A program made the position numbers and the translations under genes. A DNA stretch of 62,686 bases, the filler included, from Globobulimina sp. (taxonomy: Eukaryota): NCBI GenBank assembly GCA_003354225.1. It is 40 parts of 40 records of this genome, joined end to end, with 100 filler letters (N's around TTAATTAATTAA, not from the genome) between each part and the next. Parts side by side here need not be neighbours in the genome. Positions count along the whole stretch, not along the records: positions 37,684 to 39,152 come from PIVH01016182.1; positions 39,253 to 40,721 come from PIVH01016183.1; positions 40,822 to 42,290 come from PIVH01016184.1; positions 42,391 to 43,859 come from PIVH01016185.1; positions 43,960 to 45,428 come from PIVH01016186.1; positions 45,529 to 46,997 come from PIVH01016187.1; positions 47,098 to 48,566 come from PIVH01016188.1; positions 48,667 to 50,135 come from PIVH01016189.1; 32 more parts are not named here. One strand, written 5' to 3'. The notes under the pieces are model-generated. The model worked only from the letters and a program-made list of their open reading frames with translations. It was not told where the DNA came from and searched no databases. Each line of letters opens with the position of its first letter. Within the stretch, counting starts at the first letter, position 1. Below are positions 38,022-50,235 of this stretch, piece after piece.

Positions 38022-38546
38022 AGACCTACACCTTCGAATAAAAAAAATAATTTTTCTGAATAAAAAAAATAAAAAAACTACCTTCGAATTATCAAATATA
38101 TTCAGCAGCTGACTTCATCCAGAAGCTTGTTCATAATTTCATAAGTCGGTAATTTTATACTAAAAATACATTAATTAAATGTTTTTCTGCAATTAAATGT
38201 TTTTCTGCTTTGCACGTCAGATGTAACAGGTGATGTCCTGTCGCGCTGGAACCCTCTGGTCCTGTGAATCAATTTTGGTTCACTGGAGGTTCACTTTAGC
38301 AAAACAGTTTAATGGTTTTGTTTCTGGTGAACCTAACTGTTTTGTTTCTGGTGAATTTGATTTTTTTTTTGTTTTGTTTCTGGTGAACCTAACTGTCTGT
38401 TTATCTGTGCAAGCTCTGTTTCATTAATCATTTTATTTTTAACCAATTCATCAATTTTAGCTTGTTTATGTACTATATTTAATACTAACAGTGTTCAGAA
38501 AAATGATGATAATCAACAGCAGAAATATGGCAATTACTCGGGAGAA

Positions 38547-39092
38547 TTGAAATCATTATCACAAATCAGAAAAATCAAATCAATGATTCTACAACAATCA
38601 ATGTTTGGAAATCAATTTGATGTGGACTCTGACGATGAGATGGATGATGCCAAACTCATTCATCCAGAAGTTAGAAAAATTATGCAACTACAAAGAAAAT
38701 ATAGAGATGAAGAATTAGTTATATTAGGTGAGAAAGCTGTAGGAATAGATTTAGATGAGGTAGGATACATTCATTCATTAGTTCCATTTATTCCATCTTT
38801 TTCAATTTTTCATCAATCATCAATAAAAACAATCAAAATACTGTCTGTTCAAAAATCTGTCATAATTTATGTGGATGATATTAGTAATTTGACGGTAAGA
38901 ATTGATGGCAAAAGATTGTTACATTCAGTGTTTTGGTTTAGAGATCCGACAGGAGAAGCACCATTGCAGTTGGCAGAGTTTGTTTGTACAAATTGGAAAT
39001 CTGTATATTTTGGAAATAGTTTTCATGTTTTTAATGAAAGATTAGAAAGCTCAGGTCTAATTGATGTTGATGTTTTTGTCACGGATAATTAA
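38547..39092 (+). CDS. Hypothetical protein (probable last exon)
   Basis: 181-aa ORF open upstream to a TTCAG acceptor near 38498. Confidence 0.45.
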   Translation: MKSLSQIRKIKSMILQQSMFGNQFDVDSDDEMDDAKLIHPEVRKIMQLQRKYRDEELVILGEKAVGIDLDEVGYIHSLVPFIPSFSIFHQSSIKTIKILSVQKSVIIYVDDISNLTVRIDGKRLLHSVFWFRDPTGEAPLQLAEFVCTNWKSVYFGNSFHVFNERLESSGLIDVDVFVTDN

Positions 39093-39375
39093 TGCACCTA
39101 ATTCAAAAGCTTTAAGCAAAGCTGCGTTTAATACATTAAGAAAAACAACAGTNNNNNNNNNNNNNNNNNNNNNNNNNNNNNNNNNNNNNNNNNNNNTTAA
39201 TTAATTAANNNNNNNNNNNNNNNNNNNNNNNNNNNNNNNNNNNNNNNNNNNNAACCAGCCTGTTTTTTTGTTGTCAAAGTTCGTTGTATTGAGGAGTCGT
39301 TTAACGTATAATCGGATTTTGAGAATAAAGGAAAAATGCAAGCTTTTCCAGTAATAAACTTTCTAAGCTGATAAC

Positions 39376-40587
39376 ATGTCAACTCTAGGAATTACTAAAT
39401 TTAATTCACCATTTACATACAATACATTTGCAGCGACATCAACTAAGTCAAATAAATCAGTTTATCAAAAGAGAATCATTAAAATATACACCGATGAATA
39501 TCCCATTTTAAATGATTTCACAGATGAACAAATAAATAATGTTTTAGAATCTCGAAAATTAAAAAAATTTAAATTATCCGAAAAAGAAAAACAGGACAAA
39601 CAGGAAAAAGATGACAAAAAAAAAGATGACAAAAAACCAGAAGAAAAAAAGGATGAAAACAAAGATGATAAAAAGGATAAAAAAGATGATAAAAAAGTGG
39701 ATGAATCAAAAGAAAAACAGGAAAAAAAAGAATTGGAATTAAAAGCAGAAGAAAAGAAATTGATTAAAGCATTGGAATTATTGGAAAATGAATACTATGG
39801 AAATGAGCACAGTTTATATGTGCATTTATGCAACAAATACGGCCTAAAAATAGCAGCAGAATATGAGAATAATGGCGCAAATTGCAACAGAATCAGCGAT
39901 AAATTGTACGAAAACATTTGCGATATAAAATGTAGCGAATGTGGCGAAATAAAAACGTATTATGATTACAACGCCACAGAGTTAGAAAATGGGTATTTTT
40001 TAGCTTGCAAAGAGTGCGAACCTGATCGGGACAGCGTGAAAACAATGAAATGGTCCGAGATTTATAAATCCGGAGATATTGTGCTGAAACACAACAATTT
40101 TGTGTGTGGAAATAATCGGGATTCACATCGCTATGCATGCGTGGATATGCACAATGCCATGAAACAGGGAATACATTGTTTTCGATGGTATGTGAAGGGA
40201 CATCGTAGCTGGCTGTTATTCGGCATCTCGCATCCAAAGAAACATCGCGATGGTTCCTATTCAGAGCCTGGAGTTTATGGCATTTCCTCCGCCGGCACGT
40301 ATTATAAAAATGGAGCCACAATGTATGACATTCCGGCTGCTGCAATGTATGAAAAGGCAGAGTTACTAATTGATATGAAATTGGATCTGAGTAAATATGA
40401 ATTGTCATTTATGGTTGTTGGCGATGCACAAAAAAGAGTCATGAAAATGACGGGAATTGAGAAAAATAATAAAAATGGGTTTATTCCACATGTTAATATT
40501 TATTATCAATCGGTTCAGTTGCAAATTAAAAAAATACCGTCTTCCTGGTTTGGAAAAAACCCAAAACGATGTAAATTTAAATATTGA
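39376..40587 (+). CDS. SPRY/B30.2 protein with K/D/E-rich tract and CxxC-CxxC motif
   Basis: CSEC...CKEC; QGIHCFRW...WLLFGI...IDMKLDLSKYELSF...FIPHVNIY. Confidence 0.75.
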   Translation: MSTLGITKFNSPFTYNTFAATSTKSNKSVYQKRIIKIYTDEYPILNDFTDEQINNVLESRKLKKFKLSEKEKQDKQEKDDKKKDDKKPEEKKDENKDDKKDKKDDKKVDESKEKQEKKELELKAEEKKLIKALELLENEYYGNEHSLYVHLCNKYGLKIAAEYENNGANCNRISDKLYENICDIKCSECGEIKTYYDYNATELENGYFLACKECEPDRDSVKTMKWSEIYKSGDIVLKHNNFVCGNNRDSHRYACVDMHNAMKQGIHCFRWYVKGHRSWLLFGISHPKKHRDGSYSEPGVYGISSAGTYYKNGATMYDIPAAAMYEKAELLIDMKLDLSKYELSFMVVGDAQKRVMKMTGIEKNNKNGFIPHVNIYYQSVQLQIKKIPSSWFGKNPKRCKFKY

Positions 40588-41072
40588 TCGAGTTGTTTTT
40601 GTTGTTGTAAAGGATGATATGTTCAAGTCTCATTTTGTAATCTTTATAGTAACTTTATTATATCTCCGATTTCCCAGTTCCAACGTACAAACATTACAGG
40701 ACCACACCAGAACCACCAGAANNNNNNNNNNNNNNNNNNNNNNNNNNNNNNNNNNNNNNNNNNNNTTAATTAATTAANNNNNNNNNNNNNNNNNNNNNNN
40801 NNNNNNNNNNNNNNNNNNNNNGCATGAATGAAGTGGCCATGGCCTGTAGTAACGAAAGTAGCTTAGAAAAGTTTTTGTTTTCATCAAAATAGTTTAGATA
40901 ATCTGGATCGTGGGAAAGTTTAAAGATTTTGTGCTGGTTATAACTGTTTACGACAAACACAGATCAATGTTAAATAATTCATACTATACTTTGCAAAAAA
41001 ACTTCTTATTGAGTTCAAAGACCATAGAAACTGAACATCCATCCAAGTACAAATCACAAACCTACAGCCAAC

Positions 41073-42290
41073 ATGAGTTTATCACCCACGTGCACCACGC
41101 CAAGATCTTTAATGTCACCGATGTCACCAACCTATTCCTCCGAGGTAGATCACGACCCATTCGACCTCAAACTACAAGTCGATTTCGAGGAAAACACATT
41201 TGATGCACTCAAGAAAATAGGATTCGTAAATCCCACTAAAATCACTGACACATTGCAAGGTTACGTATACATACTATATAAATCTCAATTATTTACCATA
41301 TTTAAATAACACATCAGGCTCTATTTACCGCGTAGACCTTCCCTCCATATCCAATAAATACTTGGTAACCCCCAATGCTATGGACACAGCGGTGGTTAAA
41401 ATAACCGATAAATACTTACACAAACACTCGATTTCGCGCGTTATCCACGGACTGACTTACAAAGTCAACGAAGATATTTTATTGGAACAGAGCATATTGA
41501 AATATTTAACGCAAAAAATAAATTGCCCGCCTTCCATCGTTAAATTCCACCGCTTTCTTCACAGGTATTTATTATCGAAAATTTGTGCGAAATGTTTTTG
41601 TGATTTCTAGCAACGGCAAATAGTCACATCTTTGCAAACTAAGTCTGTATATTTCTTTTTTATCTAACTACCAAAAAACGAAATATTTAATTCCACAGCA
41701 AAACCGATTATTTGCTCATAATGGAAGATGGCGGAGCCAGCTCATTGTTCGAATTCGTCAAAAAAGCGCACGGACTGATCAATAAGCACAAGATTGAGCT
41801 TTCTGAGTGGAAAAAGGTGGTAAAGATAATATTTTTGCAGATGCTGGAAGCCATCGAGTTTCTTCATAGCCATAATATCGTTCATTTCGATTTGTCGCTG
41901 GAAAACTTCCTGATTAACGACGTCGAAGTACGCATCGAGAGACGCGGCAAAAATAAAGAATATATCTCCTTCGCTTTGGATGATATTCAAATTAAACTTT
42001 GTGATTTTGGAATGACGCAGCTATTTACGCAAAATAACTGTTTAAGCTCCAAATTCTGTGGCAAAAAAATGTATAAATCACCCGAAGTAATAGGTATTTC
42101 AATGTATGCCCAAATATGTCGATTTTTCTTATAATTTTATATGTGTACAGCAAAAAAGAAGAACTTTTCGGCAAAGAAAAATGATATTTGGTGCATGGGA
42201 GTTTGTTTATTTATGCTTTGTGTGGGATTTCCGCCATTCAATGTGGCGGATAATAACGACGAGCCATTTGTGTATATTATGGACGGTGAT
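41073..42290 (+). CDS. Ser/Thr protein kinase, 4 exons (3' partial)
   Basis: TLQG|SIY, AVVKIT, HFDLSLEN, KLCDFG, YKSPEV, DIWCMGV; introns 41260-41317, 41565-41698, 42094-42150. Confidence 0.92.
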
Positions 42291-43959
42291 NNNNNNNNNN
42301 NNNNNNNNNNNNNNNNNNNNNNNNNNNNNNNNNNTTAATTAATTAANNNNNNNNNNNNNNNNNNNNNNNNNNNNNNNNNNNNNNNNNNNNTAACAAATTT
42401 TTATCAATTTGTATTATTTTAATTAAAATGTATTTATGTAATTAAATTGTATTTATGTATTTTTAGTTCTTTCACGTTTTGTATTTGCGTTTAGATTGAA
42501 AAATAAAAAAGACTTTTAAAAAATCGATGTTTCATTGAATGAATGATTTCGAGGGAGTCCGAATGATTGATGTAGTGCTGAAGCTCAGTTTCCCGGTTGA
42601 CTAGTGCTGTTACTTTGCATGTAGTGGTAGGTTATCGACACCACCTCCAAAGGTCCAATCCATACATGGTATGAATACTACTGCAAAAGGCTTCAACCAG
42701 TTTCTGGTAAATTCTGGGAGTTGTTAATGCGCCGAAACCTTACCAATTTTGGCGTACATTTTGGTAGTAGTTATTGACTTTATCGTTATGTTGTTAATCA
42801 TGTGCTCCCGTATTCATAGTTTAATGGTGTTGAATGAATCGAATAGCATCCGAAATCGAACATCATCCGACATTGGACGTGATTGCAGTCAGAAGGCATT
42901 GATACCCCAATTGGGTTTGGTGGAGGACAACATTGACTAAATAAGGCATGGGCAAATTAAAGCAGGCATTTGGAGAGGAACCGACCTTGTTGGCCCACAG
43001 GGGCATCTAAAGTGCACTAGATGCCTGGCCCGAGATCAATTATTGATGTTCTACCCCCTGCAAGCCAAGAAGATAGTTATGAGGCGTCGTAGTACTATCA
43101 AATTAACCACAGTCTCCACCATATTGGCCATTTATAAGATCCAGAACATGGAGTGGATTGCAGTCCAAAGAATTCAAGAACAAGCATGAGACAAACAAGA
43201 TCAGGTACAAAGGGGAGCTACACCGATGGGAAGAAAGGTGGACAGATGGAGCACTTCAGCATTGAAAACCTGTGGCGAGGACACTTCAGCATGACAAGAA
43301 TGACAGTGGTGATTATTGGTAGTTATAATATAATGCTCATAAAGCAAAAATTGCCCGGTACCCTATTTTTTGGAGAGGGGGGGAACTGTCATTGGTGATT
43401 CCAGTTTTTGTAGTATTAGATACAAGTAATAAACGAAGGTGCTTTTATGTTTCGTGTTTCGTTGCATGTTTTGTTGCACGTTGTTTTGAATTCTTGCATG
43501 GTTTGAAGCTTAAAATAAGTGGTCAGCTTAAAAGGTAAGTAATGACACAAGGCAACCAAGAGCATTCGGATCAACGTCAACGAAGATCTACCAATCCATT
43601 ACTCGGTAAAATCGTATCAAATGAGCTACCAACTTATATCACATTCTTGGCTTTTATAAATTTAAATTGTCCCTTTAGGACATCAGTAAAAATATGTAGT
43701 GGTAACATATATGAAGGTCAAGTTTATTTTTATTTTAGTCAGGAATTTGATTAAATCAATTCTATTTTCAGTTCGTAAGCACTATTCAATCAGCTAGAGG
43801 TATGGCAAGAAGCGAAAAGCAAAAGGAGGAGCAGGAAGGCATGTAATATCAAGTGCCTTNNNNNNNNNNNNNNNNNNNNNNNNNNNNNNNNNNNNNNNNN
43901 NNNTTAATTAATTAANNNNNNNNNNNNNNNNNNNNNNNNNNNNNNNNNNNNNNNNNNNN

Positions 43960-44171
43960 TTATTAGGGTCAGGTGTTCCTTTTAATATTTTCATCTTAGA
44001 ACTTGCAATTTTATTATCTTCCAGTGTTTCTTTCAATATTTGCTTGTTAGAACTTGAAATTCCATTCAATTCATACAAACTATAATACAGTACATTCAAC
44101 ACTACTACCACTACTACAATAAATATACATACAAATAATGACTTGGGACTGCCACTGCCACAGTTCGCCAT
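43960..44171 (-). CDS. Type II membrane protein N-terminus (partial)
   Basis: Short N-tail plus single TM LFVCIFIVVVVVVLNVLYY. Confidence 0.5.
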
Positions 44172-44232
44172 GTTTCGATAATCTTAGAGGGGTCGTAAAA
44201 GTTATAAATTTGTAACTCATCTGATCGTCAGA

Positions 44233-45428
44233 ATGAAAGTCAAAATCGTACAAAACAAAGTGATCCGTGTATGGAAATACCCATCGCTCAATAAATACCA
44301 ATCTTTGTTATCATTTATTGCTAAAACCTTTGGTCTGTTAACTACCTCATCATTCAGTTTACAATACCAAGACGATGAAGGTGATAACATCAACATCACC
44401 GCCGATAACGACATTGATGATGCATTACTTTGTGCGAAAGAGGAATCCCGTAAATCATTAAAAATATATCTAATATCACGCACCGCCATGGATGACTTCT
44501 TAAACGATGCATTGGGCGATATATTCTGTGCTAAAACACCCATTAAAACAGTCATTAAACATCATAATAAAAATAAAAAAATCCCCTCTAAACAAATCAA
44601 CTCCAAACCAAAAAAACAAGCACCACAACGCTCTAAATCACGCAAAATGTCACCACAGCAAATTATTCACATGATTCCACCAAATAAACACAAACACAAA
44701 CACAAACACAAAAACAAAAAGAAAGCCAAAGCAATGAATCCCGAGGACATTTTATCATCGATGTTTGAAGAAGAAGAACAGAAGAAACCTGCCATAATGT
44801 CACCGGACGATATCTTAAGTTCAATGGTGATGGATATGAATGGTACGAATAATATGAAAGCAGCCTCTCCCTACAAACAGTTCCAAGCAAAGGCAAAAGT
44901 AGAACAGAAACAGAAACAGTTAGCTCCACCAATGCCGATACCCGATGCGGATGAGTTATTATTGCAACATTTATTAAACAACGCTCCATCCAAACTAGTG
45001 CGCAAAGCCAAGGTAAAAATGGAGAGTGACGATGATTTATTGTCCAATTTATTGAATGAGAGTGATAGGGAGATATATAAAGCCGTCATGGACCCGCAGG
45101 ACATAATAAATAGTATAGTCAATAAACCAGAGGCAAAGGCAGAGGTTGCGGAGGTTGAGGAGGAAGAGGAAGAGGAGGAGGAGCAGGAGGCACAGGCCTA
45201 TGGACAGGAGATATCGCGTTCTGACGAAGTGCACGAGCTCAGTGTGAGTGAGCTGAAATTGGATGCGAGTGCACAAGTGTCGCCATCCGATGTGTTGGAT
45301 AATAACGCGGATATTGATAGTGCACCGATGAGAAATCCATACTATGGACAACTGCAGCCACAGCCCCCTCCGCCACAACCTACGATATCTGCAAAAGTGC
45401 CACCAGCGCCTTTTTATGCGAGATCACC
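44233..45428 (+). CDS. PB1-domain protein (3' partial)
   Basis: MKVKI...FSLQYQDDEGDNINITADNDIDDAL (OPCA motif); repeated M.P.DIL.S motifs. Confidence 0.85.
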
Positions 45429-45528
45429 NNNNNNNNNNNNNNNNNNNNNNNNNNNNNNNNNNNNNNNNNNNNTTAATTAATTAANNNNNNNNNNNNNNNN
45501 NNNNNNNNNNNNNNNNNNNNNNNNNNNN

Positions 45529-46955
45529 GCAGTTCGTCGACCAGTAACGAGTACAATCGCTATTATAGACCCATATCGCAGTCGCCATTATATGCCGCAT
45601 TCGACAATAAAATGCATAATAAAGTAATACCGCAGAATGAGTTTGATCTGTTGCAGAGTGTTGGAAACAATATGTCGCATTTAAGCAATTTGACAGCCGA
45701 ATATCACCGATTATGGATTGATAGGGTCCGAAATAATGAGTTATTTCGCAATCCGGCAGGCGTTGATATGATGAGAGATGCATTCGGTATCAATGATAGT
45801 TCGTCCATAATATTTAGAAAACCGAATTTATTCAGAAACATATTATGAAAATCAATTAAAAATGAATTATCCAAAAGATCAAATAATAATAATGACAATA
45901 AAGACATTATTGGCAATGATGAATGTGAAATAATTCAATTTGATAAGGGCTATTTACGTAAAGAACAGGCTTTTTTATCATCGCGATATGCGTTGGAATC
46001 TGGTGTGAATCATGCAAGAAATAATAGGTTGGATAAAGCAATTAAACATTATAATGTTGCATTAGAATGGGACTCTAAATACAGTGACGCCATGGTGGCT
46101 AAAGCTGCGGCACTCACTCATCAAAATAAGTTAGTTCAAGCTGAAAAATGTGTGACTGAAGCCATTGAAATAGATCCGAATACACCAAATGCGCAGAAAT
46201 TTCTACATGTTATTTTACAAAAAAAGGCCTGTAATAAAAAAAAATAAAATCTCCTCTTTCTTTCTGTTTCTGTTGGAAATGTTTAATGTATAAATGTTTT
46301 TTCATCCTTTTTTTTTTTTGAAGAGATTTGTTTTTATTATTGACCTTTAATCGGATGTTTTTGTTGTGTTTTTTTTGTGTTGTTTTTGAATGATTCTTTT
46401 TTGTTGAAACTGAACTTAAAAGAAACAACAAATTAAATAAATATGGACATTAATTATTAAAATTAAAAATTATTTCAATGTTCTATGTGATATTATAAAT
46501 AAATAAATTGATTGATTGCAGAAAGAAGATTGTTTTGCGCCAAATTCAATGTCAACAAAAAAGGAATTATTATTAACAACACATACAGATGGTATTATAA
46601 ATGAGAATGATACTGATTCATTAAACTGTTGCTCACATTCAAGAGTTGTGTAATAAATATATTTGTATACACATTTACAACAATCTTTTCTTTTCTATTG
46701 TAATACTATATTTTGTTGTGTTTGTGGCCCAAGAAAAAAAAGAAAAAGGGAGACAGAAAAAAGAAGGAGAAAAGGAAGGACAGACATAAACATAGAAAAC
46801 GAAAAAGGAAAAAAGAGAAAAAAAGGAGAAAAGATAAAAAACATCATAGGAAATATAGTGAGAGTGAGAGTGAGAGTGAATACAGAACACATTCTTGTTC
46901 ATCATTAGCATCTCGATCAAGGTCAAGGTCAAGACATAAATACAAACATTATTAA
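45529..46955 (+). CDS. TTC14-like TPR protein with K/R/S-rich tail (5' partial, spliced, one in-frame TGA)
   Basis: FRNPAGVDMM..AFGI, LRKEQ....RYALESGV...AIKHYNVALE.D....AMVA...PNAQKFL; RS-rich last exon about 46730-46955. Confidence 0.65.
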
Positions 46956-47097
46956 TAATTCTTATGTTGTTGTTGTTGTTTTTTGTTGGCGTAAATTNNN
47001 NNNNNNNNNNNNNNNNNNNNNNNNNNNNNNNNNNNNNNNNNTTAATTAATTAANNNNNNNNNNNNNNNNNNNNNNNNNNNNNNNNNNNNNNNNNNNN

Positions 47098-48566
47098 GGC
47101 AATTATTCAACTGTCTCTACAACAAACGTTAACAATGATAATCGACCAACTTTCGTCCGTATTGTGCTCAGCGAAGCAGAAGCGGCACAATTAACTGATT
47201 TGGATGACAAATTAATGTCAGTCACACATAAAAGGGATACAATCCAACATAATATCCGTTCACTGCGCCGGGAAAAGGAAAAAATAAACAAACGCATTGA
47301 TCGACAATTTGATGAATTTCTATTGTGTCTACAACAGCGGAGACAAGATATTAAAACTGAAGTAAGTGAGCTCAAAGCAGCAGAAATGGATACAATGCAG
47401 CAACAGATCGAATCATTAACTTCTGAAACCAAACAAATTAAACACGCTCAAAAAAAATGCGAAAAACATTTATCAAATAGGAAATTAAATAATTCTCAAA
47501 GAAGAAACAAAGTCCTTCGCACTGCAAATAAAGCATTGGATAACAAAAATTATGAAACAATAATTGTGCCGGAGATTGGCAACGTTGTTGTTGAAAAAAA
47601 CTATTTTCTGGGCATAGAATTAGAGGCAAATAAGGTTCAAACATATATTCAACAGATTGGCGACATTGGCCGTGCATTGGTTCCATATCCACCAAGATTC
47701 GAGATATTGACCATTGGCAGCAATGACATTAAACTTAAAGTCGCAAAAAAGGAAAAAGCAGAGTTCATAGTCAGGATTGGCACAGAACAGAGCATAAATT
47801 GGGACGAATATCATATCCATGCTGATAAGATATGCATTGATAATTTGGAACCAAATACAACATATTTACTCAAACTATGTGGCTGTAACAAATATGGAAT
47901 GGGTGATTGGACCAAAGTGCATTCCTTTGTTACTAACAAAGTAATTATAAGTCAGAAAGTCGCACCTTTTTCCACAACAAATGGTCGCAAGCCACTTAAT
48001 TATAAATTCGAAGAAATAAAAGCATTCGATTCTGATGACGATAAAGGTGAAGAACGCTCAAATAAGTCAGTGGATAGAAATAGAATACATACGGTCAGCA
48101 ATGATTATTCTGAGGGAAATATCAATGTATTGCAAGCAGAGAAAAAAAGAACTGATTTCCGGATTAGTTATACACTCTTTCAATGCATATTTGTTATTTT
48201 CTTTACTTTAATAACTGTGATTGACAGATTTACATTAAATTTGTGGCCATTATGGGTGGATTCGCCCGGACCGACAATACCGGGCAATTTTGGTGTGTCG
48301 GTGTATGCATTGATAGCGTGGATATCTGGCAGAATGATGCTAGTGTCGTCATCATATTTATTTTTCTTAACAAATAATGTGTTTTGGAATTGGTTCGTTG
48401 AACAAAGCTTTGTGAATAAATACATGCGCATTGGCGATATTCGTGTGGAGAATGTAGTGTTACATTATCATATTGAAAGTATGAAGACAGATACAGACGT
48501 TATCATAATTGGCGCTGGACACAACGGCCTTAACTGCGCCGGCTACCTGGCCAAAGCCGGACTGAG
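47098..48566 (+). CDS. Coiled-coil + FN3 + ferric-reductase-like TM protein, joined in frame to a GC-richer FAD-oxidoreductase N-terminus (probable chimera)
   Basis: FN3 IDNLEPNTTYLLKLCGCNKYGMGDW; TM IDRFTLNLWP...SGRMMLVS; MKTDTDVIIIGAGHNGLNCAGYLAKAGL from 48481. Confidence 0.6.
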
Positions 48567-48666
48567 NNNNNNNNNNNNNNNNNNNNNNNNNNNNNNNNNN
48601 NNNNNNNNNNTTAATTAATTAANNNNNNNNNNNNNNNNNNNNNNNNNNNNNNNNNNNNNNNNNNNN

Positions 48667-49276
48667 TACGTTTGCATGTGATATTGGACCACAACTAGAA
48701 ACAGACACATTTTATGTGTTTTCTTTAATTCATTCACTTTCTGTCGATGTTGCATTATATTTTCACAGCGCAAATCACTTTTCATTCCAACTATATTTAA
48801 TTTGACAGTAGTTTTTTATATGGGATTTCTTACATTTTCAAATACTGCCATATTAAATTTATCTCAACCTAAAATCCATGGTACTCCAGGACAATGATGT
48901 GATATTTCTGGATGCCATTTTTCTTTAACATTCTCAAAAGAATCTCTGCTGAAAACACTGAAACAAACAAGAAATATATTAGTTTGAGGATAGGATAACG
49001 GTCGCAATCTGTAATAGTCTTCGCCGCGCCCATTTGATGTATCCCATAATCCTAAATTTATCTGTCGACCATCAACCATTACTGTCGCATTGTAATTATC
49101 AAAGACAGTCGGTATGTAATCCACAGGAAAGTCTGGTGTTGTATACCTAGGCACGTACATAGATTGGAATATACCATCATGAAAGACATAATAATACATT
49201 ATATAATTAACGACATCAGCATTGTTTTTTTTCCTACAGCACCATCTCCAACAGTCACCAGCTTAATGTCTTGCAT
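48667..49276 (-). CDS. Divergent Rho/Rac-family GTPase, 3 exons (3' partial)
   Basis: [56 protein letters not shown]; introns 49147-49211 and 48791-48868. Confidence 0.9.
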
Positions 49277-49419
49277 TGTAAAGTCAGAAACCACAAAGCC
49301 GACTGAGTCCGAACACACATAAAGAGATTGCAGAGCAATTTACAAAATACGTTCACAAACGGAATTAAGAGCAATTTTAGAAATTTGGAATTATGTGTTG
49401 TTTGCTGCGATGTCATGTA

Positions 49420-49866
49420 TTATATTGTGCCAATATTCTGCATATACATTTCAGTATCAACAGATTCCAATAAAGGTTTCTCCAAATTATCTCTGACACC
49501 AATTTTTGGATAATCAACATAGATGCTATTATTTGGTAAATATCTAATTATGACATAAACAATTTTCAACGGAGCTATAGAAATAGAGTCATCTGCGTTT
49601 TTATGATAGTTATTTGATTCTATATATTGACATAATGCATCTTTCAGTCGGTGCTTATATTTATGATTATCTTCAATACTTTTATAGGATGCTTTTATTG
49701 CATACAGTGTGTCTGCAGCTGGCATGCAGTTATCATGCAATCCAATGCATTCTACTCTGTGTTTGCCCGGACAAATATGCAGAACAATCCACAAATGAAA
49801 TAGTACCTTATCCACCATATACAATATAAATATCAGCAATATTGAATATATTGCACTGACAAACAA
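49420..49866 (-). CDS. Hypothetical membrane protein fragment
   Basis: 148-aa ORF; upstream hydrophobic frames are interrupted. Confidence 0.3.
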   Translation of the reverse strand: MFVSAIYSILLIFILYMVDKVLFHLWIVLHICPGKHRVECIGLHDNCMPAADTLYAIKASYKSIEDNHKYKHRLKDALCQYIESNNYHKNADDSISIAPLKIVYVIIRYLPNNSIYVDYPKIGVRDNLEKPLLESVDTEMYMQNIGTI

Positions 49867-50235
49867 TCAAACAATCAAAAGATTAGCACTGTTTAATACG
49901 TTGACATATCAATCAATGCCAAAGATTACCAATGATAATATTTGCACTGTAATCTGTTTTCAAATTTTTATGATTGGTAATCTGTGACTATGTATGGTAA
50001 CATTTGATAGTTTGCCATACCTTAAAAAAGTAACCAAATTGTTCCAATCGTTATAATGGATCATAATAAATCCGAGTAATGGCAAAAACAATAAAACCAT
50101 TCTTGTGATAATATACGGAATGGCAAATACCAATANNNNNNNNNNNNNNNNNNNNNNNNNNNNNNNNNNNNNNNNNNNNTTAATTAATTAANNNNNNNNN
50201 NNNNNNNNNNNNNNNNNNNNNNNNNNNNNNNNNNN

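Noticed and set aside
42391-43859. Non-coding contig with a hairpin at 43002-43025 (GGCATCTA/TAGATGCC) as an ncRNA or element
   Set aside because: An 8-bp stem is expected by chance; no recognisable RNA family or protein motif.
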